From Lama guanicoe (taxonomy: Eukaryota): a stretch of 64,000 bases of DNA. The stretch spans positions 3,165,664 to 3,229,663 of the forward strand of contig MU057051.1 of assembly GCA_013239625.1 (NCBI GenBank), read 5' to 3'. The notes beneath the pieces were generated by a model, which saw only the letters and a list, made by a program, of their open reading frames with translations, searched no databases and was not told where the DNA came from. The position numbers and the translations under genes were made by a program. Shown in pieces: positions 12,327 to 25,956 of this stretch. Each line of letters starts with the position of its first letter. Position 1 is the stretch's first letter.

Positions 12327-14013
12327 GCTTTCTTCCACTAAAAGCCTATGTTGCATCAGGAAATATCCGAACCGGGTTGGGAAAAATAACACCAAAGAGG
12401 TGCACTGTCTGCACAGTACCTCAAGTGTGCCTGACAAGGCCAGGCCTACAAATGCTGTGACATCAGTAAGAAGTTCTAAAACACATTCTCCTGAGGGGAA
12501 TATAAAACTAGGGCAGAATTCAAACAGCCTCTTCCTTAGGGTCATTAACTATTGCAAGAGCACACAGGGGCCAACCAAAATTGGTAGCTCCAGCCCAGCC
12601 TCTCCCTTGTGCCAGAGACCTCTCACTGGATGTCCCAACACCCCACAAACACAGCACAGACTCAGTGTGAATAAAATGCAAGTCCTCATCCCGCTCACCA
12701 CTCCGCCAAGACCTGGGCATCTCTCAGTGCCTCCAATATTCATCCCATCGCTTGGTGTGAATATTTGACGATCACTCTTAACACCTGTTCTCACCCATTC
12801 AATCGAACCATAGCTGAGAGGAGGGACTCTGGTTTTAAGGATTTAGATGGTAGAAGTGGGGCAGAGGAGTGGACAGACTTACCTGAGAGGTAGAACCAAC
12901 CAGAAGTGGTGATAAGAACAGTTTACTTCTTCCAGAAGAGCCCAACATCCACCCTGCTTCCCAACCCTGTGACCCTTCCTCCTTGTTAGCTACTCACCTC
13001 CCTCTTCCTTTCCCTTCACTACCTCCTCCCTGACTCTTTGCAGTGGTATGGTTCCCATTTCCACAGAAAGAAACAGAGTCATGGGACCCTAAAGTTTGGT
13101 TTACATTTTTCTGACAAGTAACAGTAAAGGAGAGGTGGGCAGACTTGACCTGGGCCAAATTCCTTGGCCATGTCTGGCAGCCAAGCCCTGTGGGAGATGA
13201 AGTTTCAGACTTGAGCAGAGTTGAGCCCAACCCAGCCCTAGAATACAAGGAAGGCAGCAGATTAAACAAGGCCACCCCCTCGGCCTGTCTAAGGAGCCTG
13301 GGCCCTGGTCCTGACTCACCCTCACTTCTGATTCCAGTCCCCTGACTCAGCTGCTCATGAATTTGAATTCCTGGCTCTCCTGACTCTGGTCTGGTTTGCT
13401 GACTTATTTTGGCAGGCTCTTTGATTTCTCTAGGAGAAGGCTAGACTATTAAAGAGCTCAGGGAGGCGGGCACCAGAAGAGACAGCAGGTGGCTGAAACT
13501 CTTATTAAACCCCTGTCCCGTGGTCTGTGCTGCTACCATGAATGGATATGGGGACACTCCATACATGTTCACCCAAAAAGATGCTCCAGATACACTGTGA
13601 GAGAAGAAAACTACGTGCTGTCGAAAGTATGATCCACAACATACATTCATCTTTTCCTATCTTATACTCTTTTAAAGCAAGCCTTTTCCAACATTTCTTT
13701 TTACGAAAGCAACTGTAAAATATAAAAAATCCACAAAACTACGATTTAAATGAGAGAAAAAAAAACCCTCAGTGGCAAATAATCTGATCCTTCACATATC
13801 CTCAACCACTTACTTTTAACATGCAAATGTAGTTGGACTTGTAAACCACTGAAAAAGAAGCGCATTCTCAATTTGCAGATGATGTAACGAAGGTTAGAGG
13901 TGGTTAAATGGCTTGTCCAACTAGGAACAATCTTTCAACTGCTCAAGAAAAAATTATTTTTATCCCTTAGATTGATCTGTGTTTACCATTTTAAAATCCT
14001 TTTTTAGTAAAAT

Positions 14014-15716
14014 AGACATTCTTTTCAAGAACTCATAGAATATATACCAAGAGTAAAAAAAAATCTCAACAAACTTAACAGAACTGAAATCATACAGAGT
14101 GTGTTTCTCTGACCACAGTGGAATTCAATGAAAAATCTATAAAAGATAATGGGAGAAGATTCAAACACTTAAAAACTCAAAAACATACTTCTAAATAATC
14201 TACGAGTCAAAGAAAGACCCTCAAGGAAAGTAAAAAAGAATTACACTGACCTGAAAATTAAAACACAATCTACCAAAATCTGTGGAACACAGCTAAATCA
14301 GTGTCGTAAGGACAATGTGTAACACTTAATCTTTACTTTAGAAAACAGGAAAAGTCTGAATTAAGAAATTTAAGTGGCCACGTTAAGAACCTGCAAAAGG
14401 AAGAGTATTATAAACTTAAAATAAGCAGAAGGAAGGAAATAAAAGATAAAAACAGAAATCAAAGAGATTGAAAACAAAGAAACAAGAGGAAAAGACATAA
14501 AACAAAAGCTGATTCCTTTGAAAGATCAGTGAGATTGACAAACCTCTAGCAAAGAGACAAAGAAAAAAAACTAAAATAGAAATTACCAATATCAAGAATA
14601 AAGCAGGGGATTATCACTACAGCCCCTCTAAGCATCAAAAGAATAACAAAGGAATTTTACAAACGACTTCACACACACAAATTTGATCGCTTAGATGAAA
14701 TGGACCAATTCTTCAAAAAGCTGAAACTACCACAATGTACCCAACATGAAACAGATACTTTGAATAGTCCCATAACTATTATAGAAATTGAATTCACTAC
14801 TTTAAAACTTGCAAAATGAAATCTCCAGGCCTAGATGGTTTCACTGGAGAATTCTACCAAGTGTTCAAAGAAGAATAAACACGAATTCTACACAATCCCT
14901 TCCAGAAAACAGAAACAGAAGAGACCTCAATTCAATGAGGTCNNNNNNNNNNNNNNNNNNNNNNNNNNNNNNNNNNNNNNNNNNNNNNNNNNNNNNNNNN
15001 NNNNNNNNNNNNNNNNNNNNNNNNNNNNNNNNNNNNNNNNNNNNNNNNNNNNNNNNNNNNNNNNNNNNNNNNNNNNNNNNNNNNNNNNNNNNNNNNNNNN
15101 NNNNNNNNNNNNNNNNNNNNNNNNNNNNNNNNNNNNNNNNNNNNNNNNNNNNNNNNNNNNNNNNNNNNNNNNNNNNNNNNNNNNNNNNNNNNNNNNNNNN
15201 NNNNNNNNNNNNNNNNNNNNGAATTCAACAATATGTAAAAAGAATTATACACTAAGACCAAGTGGAGTTAATTTCAGGGATGCATGACTTAGTTAATAAT
15301 TGAAAATTGAAAGATAAACCACATAATCATATCAATAGATGCAAAAAAAGCATTTGCCAAAATTCAATACCTGTTCACAATTTAAAAAAAAAACAAAACT
15401 CCCAGAAAACTGTGACAAAGAGGAACCTCCTCAACTTGATGAAGACCATCTACACATAAAAGATCTACAACTAACATTATATTTAATGTTATACACTGAG
15501 TGCTTTCCCCCTAAGATTGGGACCAAGGCAAAGATGGAGACCAGTGGACCTACTCTCACCACTCTTACTCAACATGTTACTGGAAGTTCTACTCAGCATA
15601 GTAAGGCAGGAAAAAGAAGCAAAGGCATATATAAATATAAACTATCCCTATCTGCAAATGACATGGTTGTCTATGTAGAAAATCCCAAGGAATCTACCCT
15701 GGCCCCCCCAAAAAAT
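14014..15716 (+). mobile_element. Degenerate L1 ORF2 (end of endonuclease to start of RT)
   Basis: ctctgaccacagtggaat, ccaggcctagatggtttcactggagaattctacc, atcatatcaatagatgcaaaaaaagcatttg, SANDMVVYVENPKES. Confidence 0.9.
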
Positions 15717-17009
15717 AGAGCTGAAAATACACTATTGGTTGATCTGATTATGTCTAGATACAAAGGGAAGGCTTTTAAAGTACTGTTCGCTTGGAGGAAG
15801 TAATAGGAGATCTCTGAAGACATATCTAAGAAAATTGGTTTCTAGAGGAAGGAAGATGGCCCCAAGTCAGCTGCTAGGAGCAACAAGGTCCTAGACCCAG
15901 AGCCACAAGCTCACAGATGGATCACTGGGAACCTAGACCGTGTCTCCCCTTTAAAGGGCTGTATAAATTCTCAGCTAGACTATACAGGTTTTTTTAAATG
16001 AGTATTAGTTCCATTCTCACGGATGGAGCTTGAGTCATTTAAATTCTTCTTTTAATGTCTTTCCAAGAATCTCTTCAAACTCCTGCCCAAAGACCAGAAG
16101 AGACAGCTACAACTTATTGGACTACGGTCCTACTTTCCACAGACTTTTGTAACTCTTTTAAACATTAAACTCAAATACATATTTTCATACCCATGCTCAG
16201 TGCTATCGACAGAGTCCCTAGAAACAGGAGGCATAAAGATGATCCACCTTGGGTGACAAAAGTTTGTTTAGCCTCCTCTAGTTCTCACACCTCACCTTTT
16301 ATATAAAAAGTCATTTATTTAGTAATCATATGCTTCTCATATTGCAATAAAATCAACACTGGCTTCTCTTTATCTAGTATAACTGGGGCCAACACCCCTG
16401 GAATAGAAATCCCACCTGGCACAACAAATAGCTCACAGCTTATCCTCTATCCTCTTGTGCCTCAAAGAACCATCCTTCCTCCCTTTATCCTCTAGATCTG
16501 TGGCTCCAACTCCAGACTCCTCTTTCAACTCCTGATGCTTGCATTTCCCCACTTCCTATCATATCATACCACCTCCCACCCTCTCATCCTCCCCATGTAG
16601 GTCTTTTCTGGCCCCCGCCTCCACTGCGCCTCACCCCACCCACGACTGTCCCTCGTGCCTGCCTCTAATGCTGCAGCTGGACACTGGTCTCCGCCCCAGC
16701 CCTCCCCCTGCCAGCTCCTGTCCTTCCCCTTCTGCCTCTCCTTTTACTGGCTTGTTTAGTTTTTCGGTCCCATCCTCTGAACACCCCCATTTGGGACCAG
16801 CTGCCTTCCCCAGAAACACACATCTGTTTGAAGAGCCTGTGTTTGTTGGCTGGAGAAAAGTGCCAGTCCGTGTACTAGAAGAAGCACTGACCTGCCACCC
16901 CGAAACCATCCGCTAGAACCATCTCTAACCAAGCCATCGCTCGTTCTCAAGAGGCCTGGGGGCTATGGAGGAAGGGCAGCCCAAGGTCCACAGCACCCTG
17001 CAGCTCTTG

Positions 17010-17185
17010 ACGGGGAAATGACCGCCCTGCTGCCGCAGACAGCACAGCGCAGCCCCACAGCGCCCCCGCCGCGGCAGAGAGCTCCCCGCGAGGGCGCGCC
17101 CACTTCGGATCACCATGTATTTGCTAGCAGCCTAGGCTTATCCAGCAGCTGACGAACTTTTAATCCAGCTGTCTCCATTCCCCTG
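17010..17185. promoter_or_regulatory. Small CpG-rich candidate regulatory element in intron 8
   Basis: CpG cluster, two CAGCTG E-boxes, TAATCC, CATTCC. Confidence 0.35.
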
Positions 17186-20100
17186 TGGCTAGTTTCACTT
17201 CAGGAAAGGGAGAGAACAAATGCTACAGGGAGATGGCCTCCCCCTCCCCTAGCTGAAGTACCTTCTAGAAGCAACAGTGCTGCTGACTTTACACTAAGCA
17301 GTTTGATCAGTGTAACCTTCTGGCACCAGAGGTAAAAGATTCAGAACTGCTCAAGAAACCAGGCTATGAAGTTGAAGTCAGAGGTGTGTGGGGGGTGGGG
17401 AGCCTCTTCACCTGTGGTACCCACGAAGCCCAGATCACCTCTCCTACAGGGCTTCTCCATCAACGTGGCTTTTATTCTGCCACGAAGAGCAGCCCCACAT
17501 AAAGCCAGGCCCCCTGACTTCGTGTGACACCTCTGTCTCATGAACACTATGAGTACGGTGAGCCAACAGTCCTCTGCTCTGGATGCAAACAGGACCGGAT
17601 ATCTGTGAATGCCAACTGTAAACTCGGAGACCGGATTAACCTCTCGGCAAGAAGTTATTTCTGGGTCATATTACCTGTTAGTTAAATGCCAGGCCAGGCT
17701 CTGACTAATTCTAGCAGAGTTTTGTCAAGGTCAACATCGGTAGCTGCACAGAAGTACAGTAAATTATTAACTGTGGTTCTCCATGGGGCCTGAATCAGCT
17801 GCAGAGTTCACCACCTGCCAGCCACGTTTTCTCCCCAGTTTGGCAGCAGGAAGCTCACGGTCCACAGCACAGGTGTCTGCTTGAAGGGTCCACTCAGACA
17901 GATGTGGGAAATGGCAGTGAGCTGGGGCTGCAGGGGACTGTCCACTACCCGAGTGGTAGAAGGAAGCCCCGCGGGCTGGGGAGCTGCCTGGCACCCTGAG
18001 GCCTCAGGAACCAAGCCCTGAAGAAGCAGCGGGAACCTGCTTCTCACACAAGGTCACGGGCTTAGAGACCTGCAAGAAGAATGCCTGATCGGGCAGAGAG
18101 GACCCTGAAGGTCAGAAAGCGTGTGGGATTCAAACAGCACGTTGCTTCATGGGGCCTGGACTGTGCTGGACTCAAATGCAGAGTCATATTTATAAGGACA
18201 ACTGGCCCAAAACCCTCCGCATATGAACTCTACAGGACAATCCCACTGCCCATTTTCCAGTACTTATCAGCGCCTTGGCTCTTGCTCCAAAGCCATGAAG
18301 AACTCAGTGTTTTCCAACTAAATTTGTAGGCGTCTAAGACTTCCCTGTGCTGTCATCCAGCCAACACTTTCCCTGGTGCAGAACAGATATCTCTGATGCT
18401 CCTGGACAATTCAGAGATGGAAAAGTCAAAGCTTTCCCATCTTCCTATGTCACACCTGCTCAAATATTTTCACGTCCATCTCTAAGGCCATCTCTCCTGG
18501 GCTCTGTCATTTATTTCCTTGACTTTATCCCCAGTCTTGCTCCAACAAGTCTCTGAAGCACATCCGACCCCTTTTTCTAACTCTAAGTGGACTCAGTTTC
18601 CCCAAATCCAGACACAGCCAGTATTTCCTTTCTGTGGACCACACATTTGAGAAACACGTGCAGAAATTTAACAAATAAAAAGAAAGGAAAAGAGGGGACG
18701 TGTTAAAAGGAGAAATCTGTGCACTTGGCCACGTTCTCCCCTTTGTCCTGAGTCCCCAAGGACAAGGTCCATCCACAACCTTGGAATTTCCGAGGAAATT
18801 CACAGTCCTCTCCCCTTTCCCCTTTCCCACCCAACTCCTACTTACTGCTGATAGAACAACACTGCTTTATTCATTACTATGAAAACTGCTGCAATCACCC
18901 TGTAGAACAAGCACCTTGTGCTTTATTTTGTCCTTCATGGAACCAGCCCACAATGCCGGCTCATACAAGTTCTGTTCCCTAGTGATCACTAGGGCAGGAG
19001 GAGCTTTCCATTACACCTGCCTCTGACTTGCTCTTAACACACATTTCCAGAATCCTAACGTGTGGTCACCACGAACATGTAACCTCATCTGTAGCTCAAA
19101 ATTCACTAAACCACATCCGATCGCTGCAGTGACCACCTACTACTCGAATGGTTTCCACTGCAGTCCATCTGCCACTCACACGCTAAACCCATTTGTACCA
19201 GTTCAGTACCTCAAATGTGGAAAGCACTTAAAAATATTTGTTGAATGAATAAGCACATGAACACACAAACAGATTTATTAACTGCCTAGGGCAAGACAAT
19301 GGATGTTGCAGAAACGAGTAAGGGAAATGGCTACCCCTAAAGTCTCAGGAGAGAACAACCCCACAGGTCCCAGGCTCCGTCGTAGGACATTCCCTCCGTG
19401 TGAATGCCCTTCCACCCCTAAATCACCTCGCTACTCTCACTGCTCCCAAGACTCAATTCAAGCCTCAGTGCCCCTTAGGAACTTTTCCTGGCCTGACTAC
19501 AAGGAGCAAAATCATCTCTTCTTGTATTTCTGCTTTACACGCTGTATAAAAGCCTCTCCAAACCTGTTCCATGTGCCAAACTGGCAGCATCACCTCCGTC
19601 TGTCTCGGGACTGGGCAGCGGGACAGCCAAGAGCAGAGACCATCTCGTCCATCTCTGCACCCCAGGCTTCACACGACATTTAGGAGCTGAGTGAATCAAC
19701 AACTACAGGCAGAGCAAACCACAGTAAGTGCTGCGGGGTGGGGGGCAAGGGCTCTGGGGCCCTCAAACAGTAAGTCCAGCAGCTGCTGGACTACACGAAG
19801 AAGAGGGCACCTGAGCTCAGCCGTGACAGACAGACAGGATGGTAGCTGCAGAGACCAAGGCACAGGGGGTGGTGAAGGACGTCAGGGACAGACAGCTGAT
19901 CTGAGCAGAGAGGTGGGGGAGAGGAGGCAGGGGCCGCCAAGGGGACACAGAAGTCTGGGAGGAGGACAGAGGAGAGCAAGTCAGAACATGCAGCCTGAGG
20001 CTAGGAATGCACAACCCCGGGAACAGGTGCTGCTTCCCTGACTGAGAGCGGGGGCTTCTGGGAAACAGAGGCAAGGTTTGCCACGAATATTCAGTCATTC

Positions 20101-20196
20101 AGTCTACTGCTCACCAACTATGCTTAAGGTCACAGCAGTCAATGTGTAAAAAGAAAACACACACAAATGCATACACACACTTGTACACACAGATTC

Positions 20197-20370
20197 CAGT
20201 TTCTCAACACAAACTCAGTTAAGGGGGACTATTCTGTGTAGGGTATTTACACACTTGGCCTCCACCCACTAGGTACCAGTAGCATCCCCCCAATTACGAC
20301 AACCAAAAACGTGTCCACAGATTGCCAAATGTCTCCCAGGGCACGCAGACAACATCACTCCTAGCTGTCT
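20197..20370 (-). mobile_element. hAT-Charlie MER20-like element
   Basis: tggcctccacccactaggtaccagtagca...gacaaccaaaaacgtgtccacagattgccaaatgtc is the reverse complement of the MER20 consensus as recalled. Confidence 0.8.
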
Positions 20371-21666
20371 AGGACTATCTCCCAACACACAAGGGAGTGC
20401 AGGATTGGGAGGAGGAAAGAGAACTGGTATTGTGGCACCTGGTGCACAAAAATTCAATTTCTAAAAAAGTGACGTACAATATTACTCCATAAAATGAAAT
20501 AAAACACAGTACTCCCAACAGCAGTGGAGACAAGGCCCACGTCTTCTGACAGCAAGCCTCTACGCTGCCTACCGCACACACTGGATTGCAGACTGCGGGG
20601 GGCTGCAGAGCCAAAGCCCAGAGGAGGCAAGCTTGGGGGGACGGAGGCACACACCACCACCAGTGAATGGGGAAGTCCTCCGTGTGGCTGGCCCTGGGCT
20701 CATTATGGACAACAGCGAGGGCTGGAGTGGAAAAGGCAGGTGGAAGGCAGCTCGTGCAGGAAGCCATCAGGACTGTCCGGGGGCCAGGGTGGGCTAGAGA
20801 GGGTGGCCAACCTGCAGCAGGGGGGGTGTGATCTAAAGAGACCAAACCAGGAGAGGAAACAGGGAGAGGGCAGCTGAAGTCATCCAGGCTGAAGATAAGG
20901 AGGCCTGAACCAGGACAGCAGCCGTAGGAAAGGAGATCGGGGATGGATACTGATGCTGGGGACTCAGAGGACACAGACCTGGGCAGCAGAGGGAAGGCGA
21001 AGGCCAAAGCGGAGGCAAGTGCCCCCAGGGACAAAAAGCAAACATACACGACTAAACTCAGGGCTTCCTCTTAGCCTGCCTGGGGCGCACAGATCAGTAC
21101 TCCCATGGCATTGTACACGGGACAGATTCAGACAGTACAAAAGGTTTTATACCGTGTTTTAAAAAGTTTTCCTCTCATCCCACACCCTTCACTGGTCCCT
21201 AAAACCAATCACTATGACTTTGCGTCCTTCCTGAGATAGTCTATACACACAAAGCGTATATGCCCATGCCTTCATTTTTCATTTGTTCTTGATAATACAA
21301 ACACTATCCATTTACTAATGAGGAAATAAAAACAGGGAAGGACGAGGAGTCCTCTATGAAATCAACAAAAGCAAAGCCAGATTTAGAACGCTGACTTATC
21401 CTTAAAGTATGTTAGTGTTCTTTTTTACCTCTGAACATTCTGATTCATGCACACCAGAGAAAACTTACTGAACCCCCTGCAAAGTGCTGAGGATACGAAG
21501 GATAAGATGGTCCCTCCTTCAAAATGGGGAGAATGGCATATCACCTAACAGGTATGGTCCAGCAAAACAAGGACTAGACCAAGGGTGTCTAGGTCTAGTC
21601 ACCCTTGATGCTACAGCTCTGGTGGAGTCAGTGGCTATAATAAAATGTGGCATAAAAGAGATGGTT

Positions 21667-22200
21667 TGTATTAGGCATCTCTTATGGCGTAACAGATTAC
21701 CCCAAAACTCAGCAGCCTAAAATAACAGCAAACATTTACTACCACACAGTTTCTGAAGGTAAGGAATCTAGAAGTGGCTTAGTTTGGCAGCTCTGGCTCA
21801 GAGTCTCGAATGAGACTGTAGTCATGATGCTGGCCAAGGCTGCAGTCATGTGAAGGCTTGAGTGGGGAGGGAGGATCCACTACCAAGATGGCACACTCAC
21901 ATGGCCCCTGACAAGAAGTCTCAGTCCTTCACCACATGGGACTTTCCAAAGGCTGCTTCAGGGCCCTCACAGCAAAGCAGTTGGCTTTCCCTTGAGCAAC
22001 GCATTCAAGAGGAAGCAAGGAGGAAGCCAGAATGTCTTTTATGACCTAGCCTTGGAAGTCACACTTTCCTACTGGTCACACAGAGCAGCCCTATTCAACA
22101 TGGGAAGGGCCTGCAAAGGAGCAAGGGTACCAACCAGGAAGCACAGATTGGCGGGGCGGGGCGGGGCGGGGGTGGTCGTCCCAGAGGCTGGCTACCCTGA
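21667..22200. mobile_element. ERVL-MaLR solo LTR (MLT1F/H-like)
   Basis: gtaacagattaccccaaaactcagcagcctaaaa...ggaatctagaagtggcttag...ctggctcagagtctc...tttatgacctagccttggaagtcacac. Confidence 0.8.
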
Positions 22201-23221
22201 ATGCCCGACATGTCTTGATTTGCTCTGACACTGCAGACATGACTCTTTCCACACTGCCTTTTATCTAAGACTGAGAGCTTATGACGTACTCCATTTTCTG
22301 CTAAGAGTGATCAAATAATAGTGCCAAGTTTTTCCACCAAGTAGAAATCTACTTAATGATCTTGGCAAGTCTTTAGAAAAAATATTCACCAGGCAGAATT
22401 TAGAAGGTCAGAAAGAGTACAGAAGATCAGAAAAAGTGTAACACAGTTTGAGTAGGATTTCTGGTAATAAAATTAACGTAGTTTTCCTTTCAGATAGTAA
22501 AGGTTCAACTATTTGCAGTATGAGAGTGGCTGCAATTGTCCTGGGTTATTTAAAACAGCCTCTCTCCTTACACTGCCCAGTTCTGTGGGTTGAACATATC
22601 CACATCTGAAAATCCATCTGGTTACTGGCCCTCAGTAAGTGGTCCCCACTCCTGCCTTGCTCACAGTTTTGGATCTAGGTGGTGTCCATGGATGGTGCAG
22701 AGATCTCAGAATGTTCGATCCATATGGTGAGAGAGGCAAACACCTTATGAGGTTATTCTACCTACTTCTATAAATTTCTAGTGCTAAGACATTAGAACAG
22801 CCTTATCAGACAAAAAACAAAACTTTCCTCCTACAAACCTCACCACCAACACACCAGACTTCTCCCCTCATCCGTGATCCCTATTATCCTCATCCACTTG
22901 CTCACAGACAGTTTACAAATTCAGTACACCAAGAACTGGCAAAGAGCAAAATGTCACAAACAAAATGGGACCCTCCATGACCCCGACTCCCTTCCCCTTC
23001 TGCCCTTCAGCAAAGACAGGGGCATGAGATAACCCCATTAAAAATGAACTGGATTGCTGAGGAGACCCCAGAGAGCTCACGCCTCCATCAGTGGTGACAG
23101 TGTGAACACGCCATCCCAGGGCGTTCCATCTTACTTGTAAAGACCAGAGCAGACTCTTTTCCACAGGAGGAATCTGCTCGTGTCTCACTCACACATACAC
23201 GTGCACATGCGCGCGCACACA

Positions 23222-23706
23222 CCCCTGTTTAAAAGCCTTCCATGATTTCCACTGCTCTGAGGGAAAAGAATATATTCCTTAAGATGCACACAGGCTACAT
23301 GTGCTGGTCTCGACTCTGCCCTCCACCCACTCTGACACCAGATTTTCCATCATCCTTCGGAGTCCAGCCTCACTGGCCTTCATTCTACACCTTGAACAGA
23401 CCACGCTCCCTCCTGCCAAAAAGCCCTTTGCGCACAGTGCTTCCTCTGCCTGGAACATTCTGTGAGTTTTTTTAAATCCATCCTATTCATCCTTCAGAGC
23501 TCCATCCTCATTCTGCTCAAGGGAGCTTTCCCTCCCTCCCTCCATTTCAAAGCGCTTACCACAACTGAATTACACATTTATGATTGACTGAACTGTGTCT
23601 GGCTCACCCCTCTTGTCCATTTTATTCCCATAACCTAGCACAGTGCCTGGCATAAATGAAATGCTTGATGGATATCTGCCTAATTAATTAATGACTATGA
23701 ATGAAC
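23222..23706 (+). mobile_element. L2 3' fragment
   Basis: cctgtttaaaagccttcca...ccctttgcgcacagtgcttcctctgcctggaa...cctagcacagtgcctggcata...tgaatgaa. Confidence 0.75.
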
Positions 23707-25827
23707 TGCTTATTGACAGAGTCTAAAAACCATGTTAACCATCCATTCCCAACAGTTAGGAGCTGATGCTGACTACTGATCGTCAAATCTTGAGTTATTT
23801 AAGCCTCGACTTCTGGTCATTCCTCATTACGGGGAGGAATGGGAAGGGGCTGTGCTCCCACCCCTGAATGGGCTGAAAGCCTGTGTCAGACGCGGGGCAG
23901 ACAGCATGGCCCACAGCCCAGGCTGCTCTGCTGCTCTTCCCGAGGCCAGGACAAGGCGCCCCACTCCTCCTCCAACCCAATTCAGTTTCCACACTTTCTC
24001 TTCACGCTGCATGTGAAATCGTTGTGACTTTCTAGGTCATCCAAGTGCCACGGGTGACCTGGAAGCCCTGCTTCCTCCTCCCCTCTCCCTGGAGCTGCAG
24101 GAAAACACCCTCCTGCTTAAGGAAACTCACGACGCCTCAAGGAACCGTCACTAAAACTTGTCCAAGGTCGGCCTCCCTGTGTGAGGCACCTTCCTCCTGC
24201 CTGTGACGCTCCCCACAGAACAGCAGAAGCTCAACCTACCCCCCTGCCATCAGGAGACCCCAAGGGGAGCCCCCTGGATGCTGTCACCCCACCCGGGAAA
24301 GGCAGAGGCCCTCCTCGCAAGTATCTCCCTTTATGAGGTCCTACCCCCTGGGAATCTTAACCACAACTGGAATCGAACTGATTTTTTAAATAAATGACAT
24401 CTATTTTCAACTCGTTCCCCAGGTCAACATTCTTTGTCTTGCACTTCGACTAAACTTTCTGGCCATTCTAAATGTTAACTCTGAGTTTGCTAAAAGAAGG
24501 AGGGGACAAAGACAGCAGGTTCAAGATGTGCTGATGTTCAGAAACTCAAGAGAGGTCCTGGGAAAAGGAAGTATCTTTTTCTAATTCTTGAGTATCTGGT
24601 ACATAAAAGACACTCAGGGTGTGGAGCTACAGAACACATGGGCTCTCTCTCTCCTGAATGTTGCCCCCTGAAGCAGTAAGCCTCTCCTGACCTCCTACCC
24701 CATGTATGTCTCAACCACAGCACCTGTATCTCCATCATCATTTTAACTGCTCATTTGTCCCCATAAGAAGAAAGAGTTTGCCTGCCTCATATCCTTAGTG
24801 GCCGGTATTGGTTTAAAAAAACAACAAAATTCCAATATTTGATGGAAAATGAATGGCTGTGTCCAGAACTCTTACTCTGTCTTCTATACCCACAGCAAGT
24901 GACTTTTCACAGCTCAGTTAGAACACCAGGGCTGAGGTGCCGGGATGTCCGGTTTACTGTTGACCAAGGCCCATAAGAGGCTTATCAGGACCCAGGCACC
25001 TGGGATCAGAGTCCCATCAGGGAGCGGGCATGCCCGGGGCCTTGACAGAAAGTTCAAAACGAACATCACATCGTAGGTAAACACCAGACCTCTTCTTTAT
25101 CTATGTTTTAATCAATACAGAACATAGAAGAGTGATGTAATTATTAAGAGTCATGGGGGGGCGTGGACTAGAGAGAAAAAAAATGAAAAGAAGACCTTTT
25201 TTTTAACCTTGAATCTTTCCCATTTCACTTTTGCTGATAGAAAGGTCTGGAAGTTCATTGTAGGCACACTTGAATTAGCAGAAAAGAGACATTTTCCTTT
25301 ACTTGGGCACCTGATTGCAAACTCGCTGCTTCTCCTGCTCTCAAGAGCTGCCCTTCAGAGTAAGTTGATTATTTGAAATCAAAGAGCTGAGGAAATAAGG
25401 TTTTTCTTTTGTTTTGTTTTAAACAGTTTCCCTTGCTAACCTGGCTTGCCTGGAGAAGACAGAAATGAGATTTTACACCGAATTAGCTTTGTCTTAAGGG
25501 AGGCAATTCCATTGATCCTGAGATTAGCACTGGTTTTACCATCTGACCCTCTGTTGACCTTACACTTTGAAAGAAATTGCTCACAGACTGGCAGGAAAGA
25601 GGGAAGGAAAAATCTAGGCATGCTATGGGAAAGGAGCACAGAAGCACATATTCATTTTTATAAGATTGAGTGACATTTCCAAATTATTGGGTGAAACACA
25701 AACATAAGGCCATAATTTAAGGGCAGTTTTGGAGGGGAAGAAAGTTTCAATATTACTGAACTTGAACACTATTTCTCTAAAGGTTATAGAATATAAAATG
25801 CAGGTGTAAAGTTAGAAAGACTTTACA

Positions 25828-25956
25828 GGCAGGAGGGTACAGCTCAGTGGAAGAGTGGGAGCTTAGCACGCAGGGGGTCCTGGTTCAGTCCCCAGCTCCT
25901 CCATTAACACATACATAAATAAACAAACACCCCACCAAAACTTTCTTTTAAAAAAA
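25828..25956 (+). mobile_element. tRNA-Ala-derived SINE, diverged copy
   Basis: ggagggtacagctcagtgg...cttagcacgca...ggttcagtccccag, A-rich tail, degenerate TSD agaaagactttaca / agaacgaacttaca. Confidence 0.85.

Noticed and set aside
12345-12370. cctatgttgcatcaggaaatatcc faintly resembles mitochondrial 16S rRNA (possible NUMT)
   Set aside because: Match is about 20 nt, imperfect, and does not extend.
8706-15287. Long ORFs spanning X-runs in non-ORF2 frames
   Set aside because: Artefacts of translating through N-runs.
18977-18994. 18-bp perfect palindrome ccctagtgatcactaggg, half of which resembles the AAV ITR D-sequence
   Set aside because: About 0.2 such palindromes are expected by chance in 64 kb; no other parvoviral sequence nearby.
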